Source: Candidatus Limnocylindrales bacterium (GTDB taxonomy: Bacteria > Moduliflexota > Moduliflexia > Moduliflexales > JAUQPW01). Taken from it: 64,000 bases of DNA. The stretch lies in assembly GCA_035559535.1 (NCBI GenBank), contig DATMBG010000021.1, forward strand, positions 62,001 to 126,000. Reading direction: 5' to 3'. The notes beneath the pieces were generated by a model. It made no database searches, was not told where the DNA came from, and saw only the letters and a list, made by a program, of their open reading frames with translations. Below are positions 50,697 to 61,101 of the stretch, piece after piece. The stretch's first letter is position 1; every line of letters begins with the position of its first letter. Position numbers and translations under genes: made by a program.

Positions 50697-52898
50697 TTGA
50701 AATCTTCGCACCTGACAGTTTTACTTATTTTTACCCTTTTTACTTTGGGATTGACGTATCCTTTAGTCTTTCACTTAAACTCCTCGGTGTTTGCCGTCTA
50801 CGGAGATCCCCTGTTAACCACCTGGATCCTGGCCTGGGATGTCCATAAGCTGTTCACCGACCCTCAAAACCTGTTCCAGGCCAATATCTTTTATCCCTAT
50901 AAAAATGTCCTGGCTTATTCCGAGAATCTTCTGGCCAGCAGTCTCTTTGCCGCTCCCATACTGCTCCTTTCCCAAAATCCCATCCTGGCCCATAATGGCG
51001 TCTTTCTGCTTTCCTTTATACTTTCAGGTTTTGGAACTTACCTGCTGGTTCGACATCTAACCCATAACCCGTATGCCGGTCTCTTTTCCGGAATTATATT
51101 TGCCTTTGGCCCTTATAAGTTCAGCCACCTGGGCCATTTGCAACTGTTGACCACCCAGTGGATTCCCTTCTGTTTTTTATTCCTTCATCGCCTCTTAGAA
51201 ACCCATCGTTGGAGAGATCTTTTTCTTTTCTGGTTGTTTTTCATCCTGCAGGCTTTATCCTCAAGTTATTATGCTTTGTTTCTTTCCCTCTCCCTGGGAA
51301 TTTGGCTGGTTGCCTATGGACTAATCTCCCGGAGAAACTTTCTATCTTCCCTGTGGAGTAAACTGGGAGGTTTTGTAATTTTGTCGGTTCTCGTTCTCTA
51401 TCCGGTCAGCCGTCCCTACTTTAAGGTACAGGAGGAAATGGGTTTTACCCGAACCCTGGAAGAGGTCAAAGTATTTTCTGCGGATCTTAAGAACTACTTG
51501 GGAGTTCCCCACTTCAATAAATTATATGGAAAAGTTTTAGTTCGTTTTGCCAAAACAGAAGCGATGCTATTTCCCGGAACCCTGGCTCTGCTGTTTGCCG
51601 GCCTTGGTATTTTATTCGCGGTTCGTCCCTTAAAATGGAGAACGCTCTTCCCGGAGAGAGGTTTATTTTTAAAAAATGTTCCTGTTATCGGGGCCTATGG
51701 ATTTATGGTTATTTTAGCTGGAATTTTATCTCTGGGACCTCAACTCCACCTTTTTGGAATAACCCTGGAGGGGCCTTACGGGATTTTATACCATCACGTA
51801 CCTGGATTTAAAGGGCTAAGGGTTCCCTCTCGATGGGGAATGATGGTATCCTTCGGCCTCAGTGTCTTAGCCGGATATGGAGTTCTTCCTTTACTCAGGA
51901 ATACAGGAAATAGCAAGCAAAATAAAAGATATCTGTCCTTTCTTCGTACTCCATTTTTAGTTTGTGCCTTACTTTCGGCCTTATTGGTTGTGGAATACGA
52001 CTCAACACCTCTTTCTCTCCATAAAGTACCTGTCGGAGAACAGATTCCGGAAGTCTACCAATGGCTGGCCAAACAGGAAGGGGACTTTCCCATTTTTGAA
52101 CTTCCCCTTCAGTCGAACTTACAGGATTACTGGCGGGAAGCCCCCTACGTATATTTTTCTACGTACCATTGGAAAAAACTTATAAACGGATATAGTGGAT
52201 TCTCTCCCCCACTGGCTATTTTAATCCATCAAGTTATGGAAACTTTTCCTGATGAGACCTCCATTCAGATTCTTCAACGACTGGGGACCCGGTATTTGAT
52301 TATCCATTCAGAAACGTATCCACCCTGGTATGTCCGCAAACTCTTGCAAGACTTAGAATGTTTTGATGATCAGCTTATCCTTCGGGAAAAATTTGGAGAA
52401 GCCTATCTTTACGAAATTAACGGATTAAAAGAGGGTCTAGAAAATAGGAAGCCGGTAAATTTAAGCCCACAAAGCCTGCAGGAGATCCGGGTAGCCCATT
52501 CAAATTATAATTCAGAAGAGGCTAAACTGGCCGTGGATGGGAATTTAAAAACTCGCTGGACAACCAAGACTCCCCAAAAGCCGGATATGTATTTCGAGCT
52601 GGAACTTGAAAATATTTCCCCGATCTCTGGAGTCCTTTTAAATATGGGGTCTTCCATGCCAGAATATCCTCGACAGTTCCAGGTGGAGGTTTCCACCGAT
52701 GGAACCGGGTGGGAGCCTGTAAATCTTCTTCCGGGATCTCTGCTATCTTTGGCCGAATCGGCTATTCAAACCCCCAAACAACCCCGGTTAGATTTTGTCT
52801 TTGCCCAACCTATAAAAACTAAATTTATCCGAATTTCCCAGACAGGTCAAGATAAACAATGGGCCTGGTCTATCCATGAAATTCAGGTATATAAATGA
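50697..52898 (+). CDS. Polytopic membrane protein (GT-C/YfhO-like) with C-terminal discoidin (F5/8 C) domain
   Basis: Many TM helices, GDP..WILAW, ANIFYP..LAYSE, LRVPSR, NGYSGF; AVDGNLKTRW, VEVSTDG..W, WSIHEIQVY. Confidence 0.8.
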   Translation: MKSSHLTVLLIFTLFTLGLTYPLVFHLNSSVFAVYGDPLLTTWILAWDVHKLFTDPQNLFQANIFYPYKNVLAYSENLLASSLFAAPILLLSQNPILAHNGVFLLSFILSGFGTYLLVRHLTHNPYAGLFSGIIFAFGPYKFSHLGHLQLLTTQWIPFCFLFLHRLLETHRWRDLFLFWLFFILQALSSSYYALFLSLSLGIWLVAYGLISRRNFLSSLWSKLGGFVILSVLVLYPVSRPYFKVQEEMGFTRTLEEVKVFSADLKNYLGVPHFNKLYGKVLVRFAKTEAMLFPGTLALLFAGLGILFAVRPLKWRTLFPERGLFLKNVPVIGAYGFMVILAGILSLGPQLHLFGITLEGPYGILYHHVPGFKGLRVPSRWGMMVSFGLSVLAGYGVLPLLRNTGNSKQNKRYLSFLRTPFLVCALLSALLVVEYDSTPLSLHKVPVGEQIPEVYQWLAKQEGDFPIFELPLQSNLQDYWREAPYVYFSTYHWKKLINGYSGFSPPLAILIHQVMETFPDETSIQILQRLGTRYLIIHSETYPPWYVRKLLQDLECFDDQLILREKFGEAYLYEINGLKEGLENRKPVNLSPQSLQEIRVAHSNYNSEEAKLAVDGNLKTRWTTKTPQKPDMYFELELENISPISGVLLNMGSSMPEYPRQFQVEVSTDGTGWEPVNLLPGSLLSLAESAIQTPKQPRLDFVFAQPIKTKFIRISQTGQDKQWAWSIHEIQVYK

Positions 52899-53560
52899 AG
52901 TCGTTCCGTTCTCCCCTGATATATCTCTTACCTCCCTTGGCAGCAGGATTTCTCTACGGTTTAGGGAAAACCCTGGATTTAACCATTCTTAACGAGGCCT
53001 CCCATGCCGAGTTGCGAAAGCAATTTCCGAACCTGATTTATACGCTCTGGCATGGTCGGCTTTTGCTTCTGGTTTATAGCCATCGAAATAGAGGGATTAC
53101 GGTCTTGGTGAGTCAAAGTCAGGATGGGGAATACCTCAGTCGAATGCTTCAATGGGCCCGGTTCCGTACCGTTCGGGGTTCTTCAACAAGGGGTGGAGTA
53201 CGGGGATTGCTTGGATTGATCAAGGCGATCCGGGAGGGTTATGATGTGGCCATTACCCCGGACGGCCCCCAGGGGCCGGCCCATCACGTTCAGCCTGGAG
53301 TTATCTATCTCGCCCAACAAACAGGCGCCCCCATTGTACCGGTAACGGCTTCAGCTAAAAGATATAAGGAGTTTCAGAGTTGGGATCGATTCTTAGTTCC
53401 CTATCCTTTTTCAAAGGCTGTGGTCCTCTTTGGAGAGCCGTTTTTTGTACCTTCAAAGGCAACAGAGCAAATGATTGTTGATTATCAGGAAAAATTACAA
53501 AAAGAATTAAACCGGATTACAGAAGAAGCGGATCAGTATTGTCGATGGAAAATTTCTTGA
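52895..53560 (+). CDS. Lysophospholipid acyltransferase family protein (DUF374)
   Basis: WHGR, VSQSQDGE, RGSSTRGG, ITPDGPQGP, SWDRF.VPYPFS. Confidence 0.88.
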   Translation: MKSFRSPLIYLLPPLAAGFLYGLGKTLDLTILNEASHAELRKQFPNLIYTLWHGRLLLLVYSHRNRGITVLVSQSQDGEYLSRMLQWARFRTVRGSSTRGGVRGLLGLIKAIREGYDVAITPDGPQGPAHHVQPGVIYLAQQTGAPIVPVTASAKRYKEFQSWDRFLVPYPFSKAVVLFGEPFFVPSKATEQMIVDYQEKLQKELNRITEEADQYCRWKIS

Positions 53561-53595
53561 CATTTAAGAAATAAAATCATTCACTAATACTGTTC

Positions 53596-53726
53596 TCCCT
53601 TAAGGAAGGGAAATACCTTTAATCCCAAATTTACAGGCTCTGTAGTTCCAGACCCATTCGCTAAGAAAGGATAGCCCGGTCAGGTAATACCGGATGGGTA
53701 TTGAAATTTGGTAAAAAGGATAGGGA
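53596..53726. ncRNA. Candidate structured RNA (unassigned)
   Basis: Nested stems CCAAATTT/AAATTTGG, ACCCAT/ATGGGT, GCTA/TAGC, CCGGT/ACCGG; TTGACA at 53557; no family recognised. Confidence 0.3.
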
Positions 53727-53730
53727 CCGT

Positions 53731-53925
53731 CTCACCCAGGCCTTCTCCACATGCGGGAGAGCCAGGGAGAGGTTGCCTACGTGAGGGTAACCCTGCAGGA
53801 TTGCTTTCAAGAGTATCTTTTCGCTAACCTAACCCCCTTCCCGCGTCGAGAAGGGGGAACTTGGTGTATACACGCCAAGATCTCTCCCTTTCCCTCACAA
53901 GGAAGGGGAGTTGGAGGGACTAGTC
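53731..53925. repeat. Double-hairpin palindromic repeat, copy 2 (plus adjacent degenerate unit)
   Basis: CTAACC..CCCCCTTCCCGCGTCGAGAAGGGGGAA...CCCTTTCCC..GGAAGGGGAG matches 13741-13850. Confidence 0.65.
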
Positions 53926-54051
53926 CAAAAAATACCCTTAAAAGCCGCAGGATCATTCCTACCCGGCATGCAACCTTTTCAGAGGGGAGGGGGAGGCTGT
54001 CCCCTATTCCACCAGGATGGATAGGACCCATTCTAATTAAGAGAGGTCAAT

Positions 54052-54867
54052 ATGTTTCCTTTGCTTCTTATTTTCACCTTTTTTTCAACCCTGGCAGGAG
54101 GGTCCCCTTTGCTGGAAGTTTTTTTCTTCGATGTGGGATATGGAGATTCCATTTTGATACGATTGCCGGAAGGCCGACATGTCCTTATCGATGGGGGATA
54201 TCCTGAATATGGAGCCCGGGTCGTAGACGAAATCAAAAAATTAGGGATTACCCACTTAAATCTGGTCGTTTCTACCCATCCCCACCCGGATCATATTGGA
54301 GGACTTGCCGAGGTTTTGAATCATTTTAAGGTGGATAGAGTCTTCGGAAGCCACCCCCTGACCTCGGATTTGCTTCCAGAGGCCTTTGTAAGTGCCATCA
54401 AAAATAAAAATATCCCCTATAAACCCGGAAGACGGGGAGAGAAGCTCTTTGAATCCGAGGAACTGAGTATGGAGATCTTTCACCCGGTTCAGGTAGACGA
54501 AGACCTGAATAACAGTTCTATAGGAATTCGATTAAAATTTAAGAATATAAGTTTTTTATTTACCGCAGATATCAGCCCAAGAGCTGAAAAAGAGCTCCTC
54601 CTGGCCGGAGTTCCTTTACAGGCCAATGTTCTCAAGGCCGGACACCATGGGCATGCCACGCTTCGGGAGTTTATAGAGGCCGTTCGACCCGACCTGGTAG
54701 TTATTTCCGTAGGAGAAAACCCTTATGGAGCCCCTTTACCTGAAACCCTGGAATTATATCAACAATTGGGGATTAAAATTTTAAGGACCGATCAGATGGG
54801 TACGATCCGTCTGGCAACCGATGGTTTAACCCTATGGAACCTTACAAATTCAAACAAAAAGCCTTAG
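54052..54867 (+). CDS. ComEC/Rec2-type metallo-beta-lactamase fold protein
   Basis: FDVGYGDSILI, LIDGG, THPHPDHIGG, NNSS, FLFTAD, KAGHHG, RTDQMG. Confidence 0.88.
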   Translation: MFPLLLIFTFFSTLAGGSPLLEVFFFDVGYGDSILIRLPEGRHVLIDGGYPEYGARVVDEIKKLGITHLNLVVSTHPHPDHIGGLAEVLNHFKVDRVFGSHPLTSDLLPEAFVSAIKNKNIPYKPGRRGEKLFESEELSMEIFHPVQVDEDLNNSSIGIRLKFKNISFLFTADISPRAEKELLLAGVPLQANVLKAGHHGHATLREFIEAVRPDLVVISVGENPYGAPLPETLELYQQLGIKILRTDQMGTIRLATDGLTLWNLTNSNKKP

Positions 54868-55373
54868 ATTGGCTTATTTTAATTCTTTATACCGGAATCG
54901 TCTACGCAACACTCTACCACGCCCGGCTGGTTTCCACCTTTCTCCGACAACGTTTAGGATCCTGGTATTCCCCCTTTGTGAATATTTTCATCCTAGCCAT
55001 GGGAACCTTCTTTCTGATTCAGATGGGGCAAAAGAGATGGACCTCCTACTTATTCCTTGTTCCGATTTTCGGAATATATGTGTACCTGTTTAAGCAACTT
55101 CCTTTACCGGAAGAACGGATCCATTTCCTGGAATATGGGGTTATGGGCTACCTTTCCCTCCGAGCCTTAGCCCACACTTTCCCTCCCCCATCACTTTATC
55201 TATGGGCTGTGGGTCTAACTTTCCTTCTGGGATGGATCGATGAAGGTATTCAAGGACTTTTACCAAACCGGATTTACGATATACGGGATGTATTCATGAA
55301 TGGACTTTCCGGGATTTTAGGAATTCTGGTTTATAAAATTTTATTAAACCCGAACACTTCTCCCCATACCTAA
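54834..55373 (+). CDS. VanZ family membrane protein
   Basis: ERIHFLEYG, DEGIQ..LPNR..DIRDV..N. Confidence 0.8.
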   Translation: MEPYKFKQKALDWLILILYTGIVYATLYHARLVSTFLRQRLGSWYSPFVNIFILAMGTFFLIQMGQKRWTSYLFLVPIFGIYVYLFKQLPLPEERIHFLEYGVMGYLSLRALAHTFPPPSLYLWAVGLTFLLGWIDEGIQGLLPNRIYDIRDVFMNGLSGILGILVYKILLNPNTSPHT

Positions 55374-55500
55374 TCTTAAGGGGGTATTTGTTGATTTGTC
55401 CGGAAGCCTTGGGTAATCCTTAGAAGATTGAATAGTCTTTTTCGGGGGTTTGATGAGGGATATCTCCAAATCTCCTTAAAGCTTTAAGAAAATACACTTC

Positions 55501-56463
55501 ATGGCAAAAATACTTGTGGTTGACGATCATACTAATATTTTGCTCCTTATTTCCTTAATCCTGAAGCAATATAACTATCAGATTATAACCGCCGAAGATG
55601 GGGTAGAAGCTATTGAAAAGGCCAGAAAAGAGCAACCTGATTTGATTCTCCTTGATGTCCAAATTCCTAAAATTGACGGGTACAGGGTCTGTCAAATCCT
55701 TAAAGAAACAAAGGAAACCAGGACGATTCCCATTATTTTCATTTCTTCAGCCCATCGAGATTTAAAGGATATCATCCGGGGACTGGAGACTGGAGGTACC
55801 GATTATATTACAAAGCCCTTTGATAATTTAGAGCTTGTAGCCCGCATCAAAGCTAACCTGCGAATCAAGATGCTGTATGACGAGCTCGAGGAGAAGAATC
55901 GACGTTTAAAGGAGTTATACAATGAATTGGAAGAAAAAAATAGAGACTTAGAAAGGATCGCCGTTACCGATGGATTAACCGGGCTTTACAACCATAGACA
56001 TTTCTACGAACGTCTCACCGAAGAGTTTGCGAAAGCAGTACGCCATAACTTAAATCTATCCTGTATTATGTTAGATATCGATCACTTCAAGAAAATCAAC
56101 GACACTTACGGACATTTGCAAGGGGATAAAATTCTCAAGAGCTTCTCAGAAATCCTCAAAACCAGCATTCGACATACCGACATAGCCGCCCGGTATGGGG
56201 GAGAGGAGTTTTCTATTCTTTTACCCCATACCGACATAAAAGGGGCCTTTCTGGAGGGGGAACGTATTCGAGTCCGTGTCAGCATGGCAGAGTTTCCCTG
56301 CCAGGACCAAATCTTAAACATAACCGTTAGTCTGGGTATCTCAACTTACCCCCATGAAAAAATTCAAACGGCCAACGACCTGGTCAGTTATGCAGACCGT
56401 CTTCTTTATGAGGCCAAGCGTTTAGGGAGAAATCAAACCGTTATTTCCACCGATAATTCTTAA
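55501..56463 (+). CDS. Response regulator diguanylate cyclase (REC-coiled coil-GGDEF)
   Basis: ILVVDD, LLD, KPF; DGLTGLYN, DIDHFK.IND.YGH..GD, RHTD I-site, RYGGEEF. Confidence 0.93.
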   Translation: MAKILVVDDHTNILLLISLILKQYNYQIITAEDGVEAIEKARKEQPDLILLDVQIPKIDGYRVCQILKETKETRTIPIIFISSAHRDLKDIIRGLETGGTDYITKPFDNLELVARIKANLRIKMLYDELEEKNRRLKELYNELEEKNRDLERIAVTDGLTGLYNHRHFYERLTEEFAKAVRHNLNLSCIMLDIDHFKKINDTYGHLQGDKILKSFSEILKTSIRHTDIAARYGGEEFSILLPHTDIKGAFLEGERIRVRVSMAEFPCQDQILNITVSLGISTYPHEKIQTANDLVSYADRLLYEAKRLGRNQTVISTDNS

Positions 56464-56473
56464 TCTCTAGGTT

Positions 56474-56489
56474 TGGTGGGATTTTTGCA
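56474..56489 (+). promoter_or_regulatory. Putative sigma54 promoter
   Basis: TGGTGG-GATTT-TTGCA with GG-N10-GC spacing, about 70 nt before ATG 56557. Confidence 0.4.
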
Positions 56490-56556
56490 TAATTATATGA
56501 AAAGATAAACATAATTGCCTAAAAAGATAAAAAAGACCTAGGAAGGAGGTTCTGAC

Positions 56557-57369
56557 ATGGAAAAAGAGGAAAGAATGATGGCCAAGATTCGGGCGGGGGA
56601 GAAAATAGAATCTCCCGAAGAAATGACCGAGGAGTATCGGGAGAATCTTATCCATCTGATGCTCATGCAGGCGGATTCTGAACTGGCGGGAGCTTATGGT
56701 TACGTACCCATCATCATGAAAGCTCCTAATATTACCGAAGCTCTAGCCGTAGCGACCATTGTCAAAGATGAAATTCGCCATGCTCGGGTTATGTATAAGC
56801 TTTTGGAAGATCTGGGGGTCGATATGGAGGCCCGGTTTAAGCAGTATGATTATACCCTGAGGGTGAGCGATAAGATGGATCTTGGAAGTCGGCGTGTGGC
56901 CGGAGATGCCCGGGTCAATATTTTCTACTATCCCATTGAAACCTGGGCCGATTTTGTCATGTTCAACTTCTGTATGGATCGGGGTGCAGGTCATCAACTG
57001 GTGGATGCCTTGCATTGCAGTTACGGTCCCTGGAGTCGAGCCATGGAAGGTATCTTCAAAGAAGAAAGTATGCATATCTCCCATGGAGAAACCTGGGTAA
57101 AGCGTATGGCCCAGGATCCGGCTACACGGGACGAAATTCAAGAGGCTTTAAACCGATGGTATCCGCGAACCATGAACATCTTCGGCCGTCCGAATTCCCC
57201 TCGTAATAAACTTTACCGTAAACTGGGTCTTAAACAACGAGACAACGAGGAAGTTCGTCAGGCTTTTGCCAGGGAAGTGAAGGAGTTTGTAGAACAGGTT
57301 GGGTTAACCCTACCGGAATGGAAACCCAACTGGGAGAAGGTAAGCGAAGAAGCGGCCATTCCGGGTTAA
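56557..57369 (+). CDS. PaaA/BoxB-like ferritin-fold diiron oxygenase subunit
   Basis: KIRAGEKIE..EYR N-terminus like PaaA; ADSE, DEIRH, D in CMDRG, EESMH; ALNRWYP..MNIFG; AAGGAGG RBS. Confidence 0.8.
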   Translation: MEKEERMMAKIRAGEKIESPEEMTEEYRENLIHLMLMQADSELAGAYGYVPIIMKAPNITEALAVATIVKDEIRHARVMYKLLEDLGVDMEARFKQYDYTLRVSDKMDLGSRRVAGDARVNIFYYPIETWADFVMFNFCMDRGAGHQLVDALHCSYGPWSRAMEGIFKEESMHISHGETWVKRMAQDPATRDEIQEALNRWYPRTMNIFGRPNSPRNKLYRKLGLKQRDNEEVRQAFAREVKEFVEQVGLTLPEWKPNWEKVSEEAAIPG

Positions 57370-57481
57370 TGGCTCTTTGGGAACTCTCCCTTTATAGATT
57401 CCGGTCCGGCAGGCAAGGATCTTGAAGATGGAGGGCCGGGTATCCTGGGATCAGGGAGAGGAAGAGCTTTACGGTATTCTG

Positions 57482-58468
57482 TTATGTTTCATTGTATAGA
57501 ATAGTTCCGACTCCTAGCTGCACGGCCCTATCATAAGCCAGCTTTGCCGTAGCCGCATCTTCAATGGCAACTCCTACCGATTTAAACAAGGTAATTTCCT
57601 GATCGTTGGTGCGTCCGGCCTTCTGTCCCATCACCAGTTCACTCAGCTCTGCATAAATATCCTCCAGGGTGATAAGCCCCATTTGAATCGGGATCAGGAG
57701 ATCTCCTGCTTCAGTCTGGGTCCCTTCATAGGTATCTACAACAATTTTAGCCGCCTGAACCAGATCTTCATCGACCTCGCGGGCCTGAGGGGTAAAAGCA
57801 CCGATAGCATTAATATGAGTTCCCGGCGTAACCTCCCGACCTTGAAAAACAGGTACTTTAGAGGTTGTAGCCGTTACCAGAATATCCGAGTCCTTGACGA
57901 CTTCTTCCGGTCGGGACATAGCTTCAACGGGAATCTGATACTTTCTGCTCATTTCCTTGGCAAACATCTCCGCCCTGGCCAGGGTTCGGCTATAGACCAG
58001 AACTTTTTTCAACGGAAAAGAAGTCTTAAGGGCCCATAATTGGAATTCTGCCTGAACTCCCGCACCAAAAATACCTAAAACCGTAGAAGATTTACGGGCT
58101 AAATACTTAGAGGCTATGGCAGAAGCGGCCCCTGTTCGGATACCTGTCAGATAGGTCCCATCCATAACCGCTAAAGGTCGTCCGGTCTTCGCATCATTTA
58201 AGATGTACAGGGCCATCACCGAAGGGAGCCCCTTTTGAGGATTTTGAGGATAAACAGAGACCAGCTTGCTCCCCATAACTTCGGAACCTCCTAAAAAGGC
58301 CGGCATCAAAAGTAGAGTTCCTTCCAACTCCGGAATCTCCAGGGAAAATCGGACAGGCATCCGATACTTTCCCTCCCCATACTCTCGAAAAGCATTCTCC
58401 ACGGCCTCGATAACTTCTTCCATACGGAGAAGTTGTTTAAGGTCTTTTTGTGAAAGAAATCTCATCAT
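57482..58468 (-). CDS. Ornithine cyclodeaminase / mu-crystallin family protein
   Basis: LLMPA, KLVSVYP.N, TGIRTGA, GAGVQA, HINAIG, FKSVG.AIED. Confidence 0.9.
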   Translation of the reverse strand: MMRFLSQKDLKQLLRMEEVIEAVENAFREYGEGKYRMPVRFSLEIPELEGTLLLMPAFLGGSEVMGSKLVSVYPQNPQKGLPSVMALYILNDAKTGRPLAVMDGTYLTGIRTGAASAIASKYLARKSSTVLGIFGAGVQAEFQLWALKTSFPLKKVLVYSRTLARAEMFAKEMSRKYQIPVEAMSRPEEVVKDSDILVTATTSKVPVFQGREVTPGTHINAIGAFTPQAREVDEDLVQAAKIVVDTYEGTQTEAGDLLIPIQMGLITLEDIYAELSELVMGQKAGRTNDQEITLFKSVGVAIEDAATAKLAYDRAVQLGVGTILYNET

Positions 58469-58653
58469 GGTTTTCCAGCTCCCTCGACTCCTGGTCGTTA
58501 CCAAGAAAACTCTTGACAATCCCATAAAGATCCACCAAGATGGTGGAGTAGTTTGAATCCTCTTTTTAGTTTTTTAATTCTATGGCATAGAACAAGAGGA
58601 GTAAAGGGAAAACAGTTAAATTTTTAGTAACCCTTCGAAGGATTAAACATCAT

Positions 58654-59898
58654 ATGATCACATTTGACAAATTGAAGGTACCTACGGAAGGAGATAAAAT
58701 AGAAATTCAAGACGGCCATCTCAAGGTTCCAGACCAACCGATTATTCCCTTTATAGAGGGCGATGGAACCGGACGGGATATCTGGCGCGCCACTCAACGT
58801 GTTTTGGATGCCGGAGTAGAGAAAGCTTATCAGGGACGTCGAAAAATCATCTGGTTTGAGGTCTATGCAGGGGAAAAGGCCAAAAAATTCTACGATGAAT
58901 GGCTACCTAAAGATACCTTGCGGGCCATTGAATATTTTATTGTAGCCCTCAAGGGTCCTCTAACAACTCCTGTTGGAGGAGGAATCCGAAGCTTGAACGT
59001 AACTCTCCGGCAGACGTTGGATCTTTATGCCTGTATTCGACCGGTTCGTTATTTCCAGGGAGTTCCCACACCGGTCCGTAATCCGGAGAAAATGAATGTG
59101 GTTATCTTTCGAGAAAATACCGAAGATGTCTATGCAGGGATTGAATGGAAGGAGGGATCGGAAGAAGCGAAAAAGGTTATTCGGTTTTTAAACCAGGAAA
59201 TGGGAGTTCAGATTCGGGCAGATTCGGGGATTGGAATTAAACCCATCAGTATTACAGGTACTAAAAGATTGGTCCGTAAAGCTATTCGCTATGCCATTGA
59301 GCGTAAGCGTAAAAGTGTTACCTTAGTCCATAAGGGGAACATCATGAAATTTACCGAAGGTTCTTTCCGGGATTGGGGATATGAACTGGCAAAGGAAGAA
59401 TTTGCCGATCAAACCCTTACCGAAGATGAAGTAAATGCAGTGTATGAGGGGAAAGCTCCGGAAGGGAAGATTATCATAAAGGATCGGATTGCCGACAGCA
59501 TGTTTCAGCAAATTTTAACCCGGGCGGATGAATACGATATCATTGCAACTCCCAATCTCAACGGAGATTATCTTTCTGATGCCTGTGCGGCCCAGGTTGG
59601 AGGGCTTGGAATGGCCCCGGGTGGTAACATAGGGGATTATATTGCCCTTTTTGAGGCTACCCACGGTACAGCCCCCAAATATGCCGATAAAGACATGGTA
59701 AATCCCGGATCCCTTATCCTTTCTGGCGTTATGCTTTTGGAATATCTGGGATGGACCGAAGCGGCTGACCGGATCACGCGAGGACTCGAGAAAACTATCC
59801 TGCAGAAGCGAGTTACCTATGACCTGGAGCGGCTCATGGAAGGAGCTACAAAACTCAAGACTTCGGAATTTGGAAATGCCATTATAGAGAATATGTAG
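58654..59898 (+). CDS. icd: Isocitrate dehydrogenase (NADP, E. coli type)
   Basis: [59 protein letters not shown]. Confidence 0.97.
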   Translation: MITFDKLKVPTEGDKIEIQDGHLKVPDQPIIPFIEGDGTGRDIWRATQRVLDAGVEKAYQGRRKIIWFEVYAGEKAKKFYDEWLPKDTLRAIEYFIVALKGPLTTPVGGGIRSLNVTLRQTLDLYACIRPVRYFQGVPTPVRNPEKMNVVIFRENTEDVYAGIEWKEGSEEAKKVIRFLNQEMGVQIRADSGIGIKPISITGTKRLVRKAIRYAIERKRKSVTLVHKGNIMKFTEGSFRDWGYELAKEEFADQTLTEDEVNAVYEGKAPEGKIIIKDRIADSMFQQILTRADEYDIIATPNLNGDYLSDACAAQVGGLGMAPGGNIGDYIALFEATHGTAPKYADKDMVNPGSLILSGVMLLEYLGWTEAADRITRGLEKTILQKRVTYDLERLMEGATKLKTSEFGNAIIENM

Positions 59899-59920
59899 AA
59901 AAGGATACTCAAAGAAGGTG

Positions 59921-59969
59921 GAAGAAGGGGAGAAGGGAAGATGTAGCATCCCTTCTCCCCTTCTCCCTT
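59921..59969. repeat. Inverted pair of GGGAGAAG octamer arrays (icd-mdh spacer)
   Basis: GAAGGGGAGAAGGGAAGATG / CATCCCTTCTCCCCTTCTCCC. Confidence 0.7.
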
Positions 59970-59976
59970 TAGGTAA

Positions 59977-60906
<930 letters not shown>

Positions 60907-61040
60907 CGACCCTGGGGTTTCCTGGAACAGAGGTCCAGCTCTTTATACTCATCCTGATTGAAGAGGTCGTATTCTATCCATTCCCTCTGAAGAGGTGGCA
61001 CCCTGGGCAGGGACGACCCTGCAGGCCCTCAAGCAGACAG

Positions 61041-61101
61041 CCCCTCCTCCCCCTTCGATCCCCCCGCATGCGGGGGGAAGGGGGGCGGGGAGGGAATTAG
61101 G
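61041..61101. repeat. GC-rich palindromic repeat between convergent genes
   Basis: CCCCCCGCATGCGGGGGG core inside CCCCT..AGGG arms. Confidence 0.55.

Noticed and set aside
53660-53700. TPP riboswitch (GCTAAGA, GGTCAGGTAATACCGG)
   Set aside because: Lacks an exact CTGAGA and the P2/P4 spacing, and no thiamine gene lies downstream
53751-54206. 151-aa ORF and its antisense partners
   Set aside because: Translate palindromic repeat DNA and overlap the ComEC-like gene out of frame
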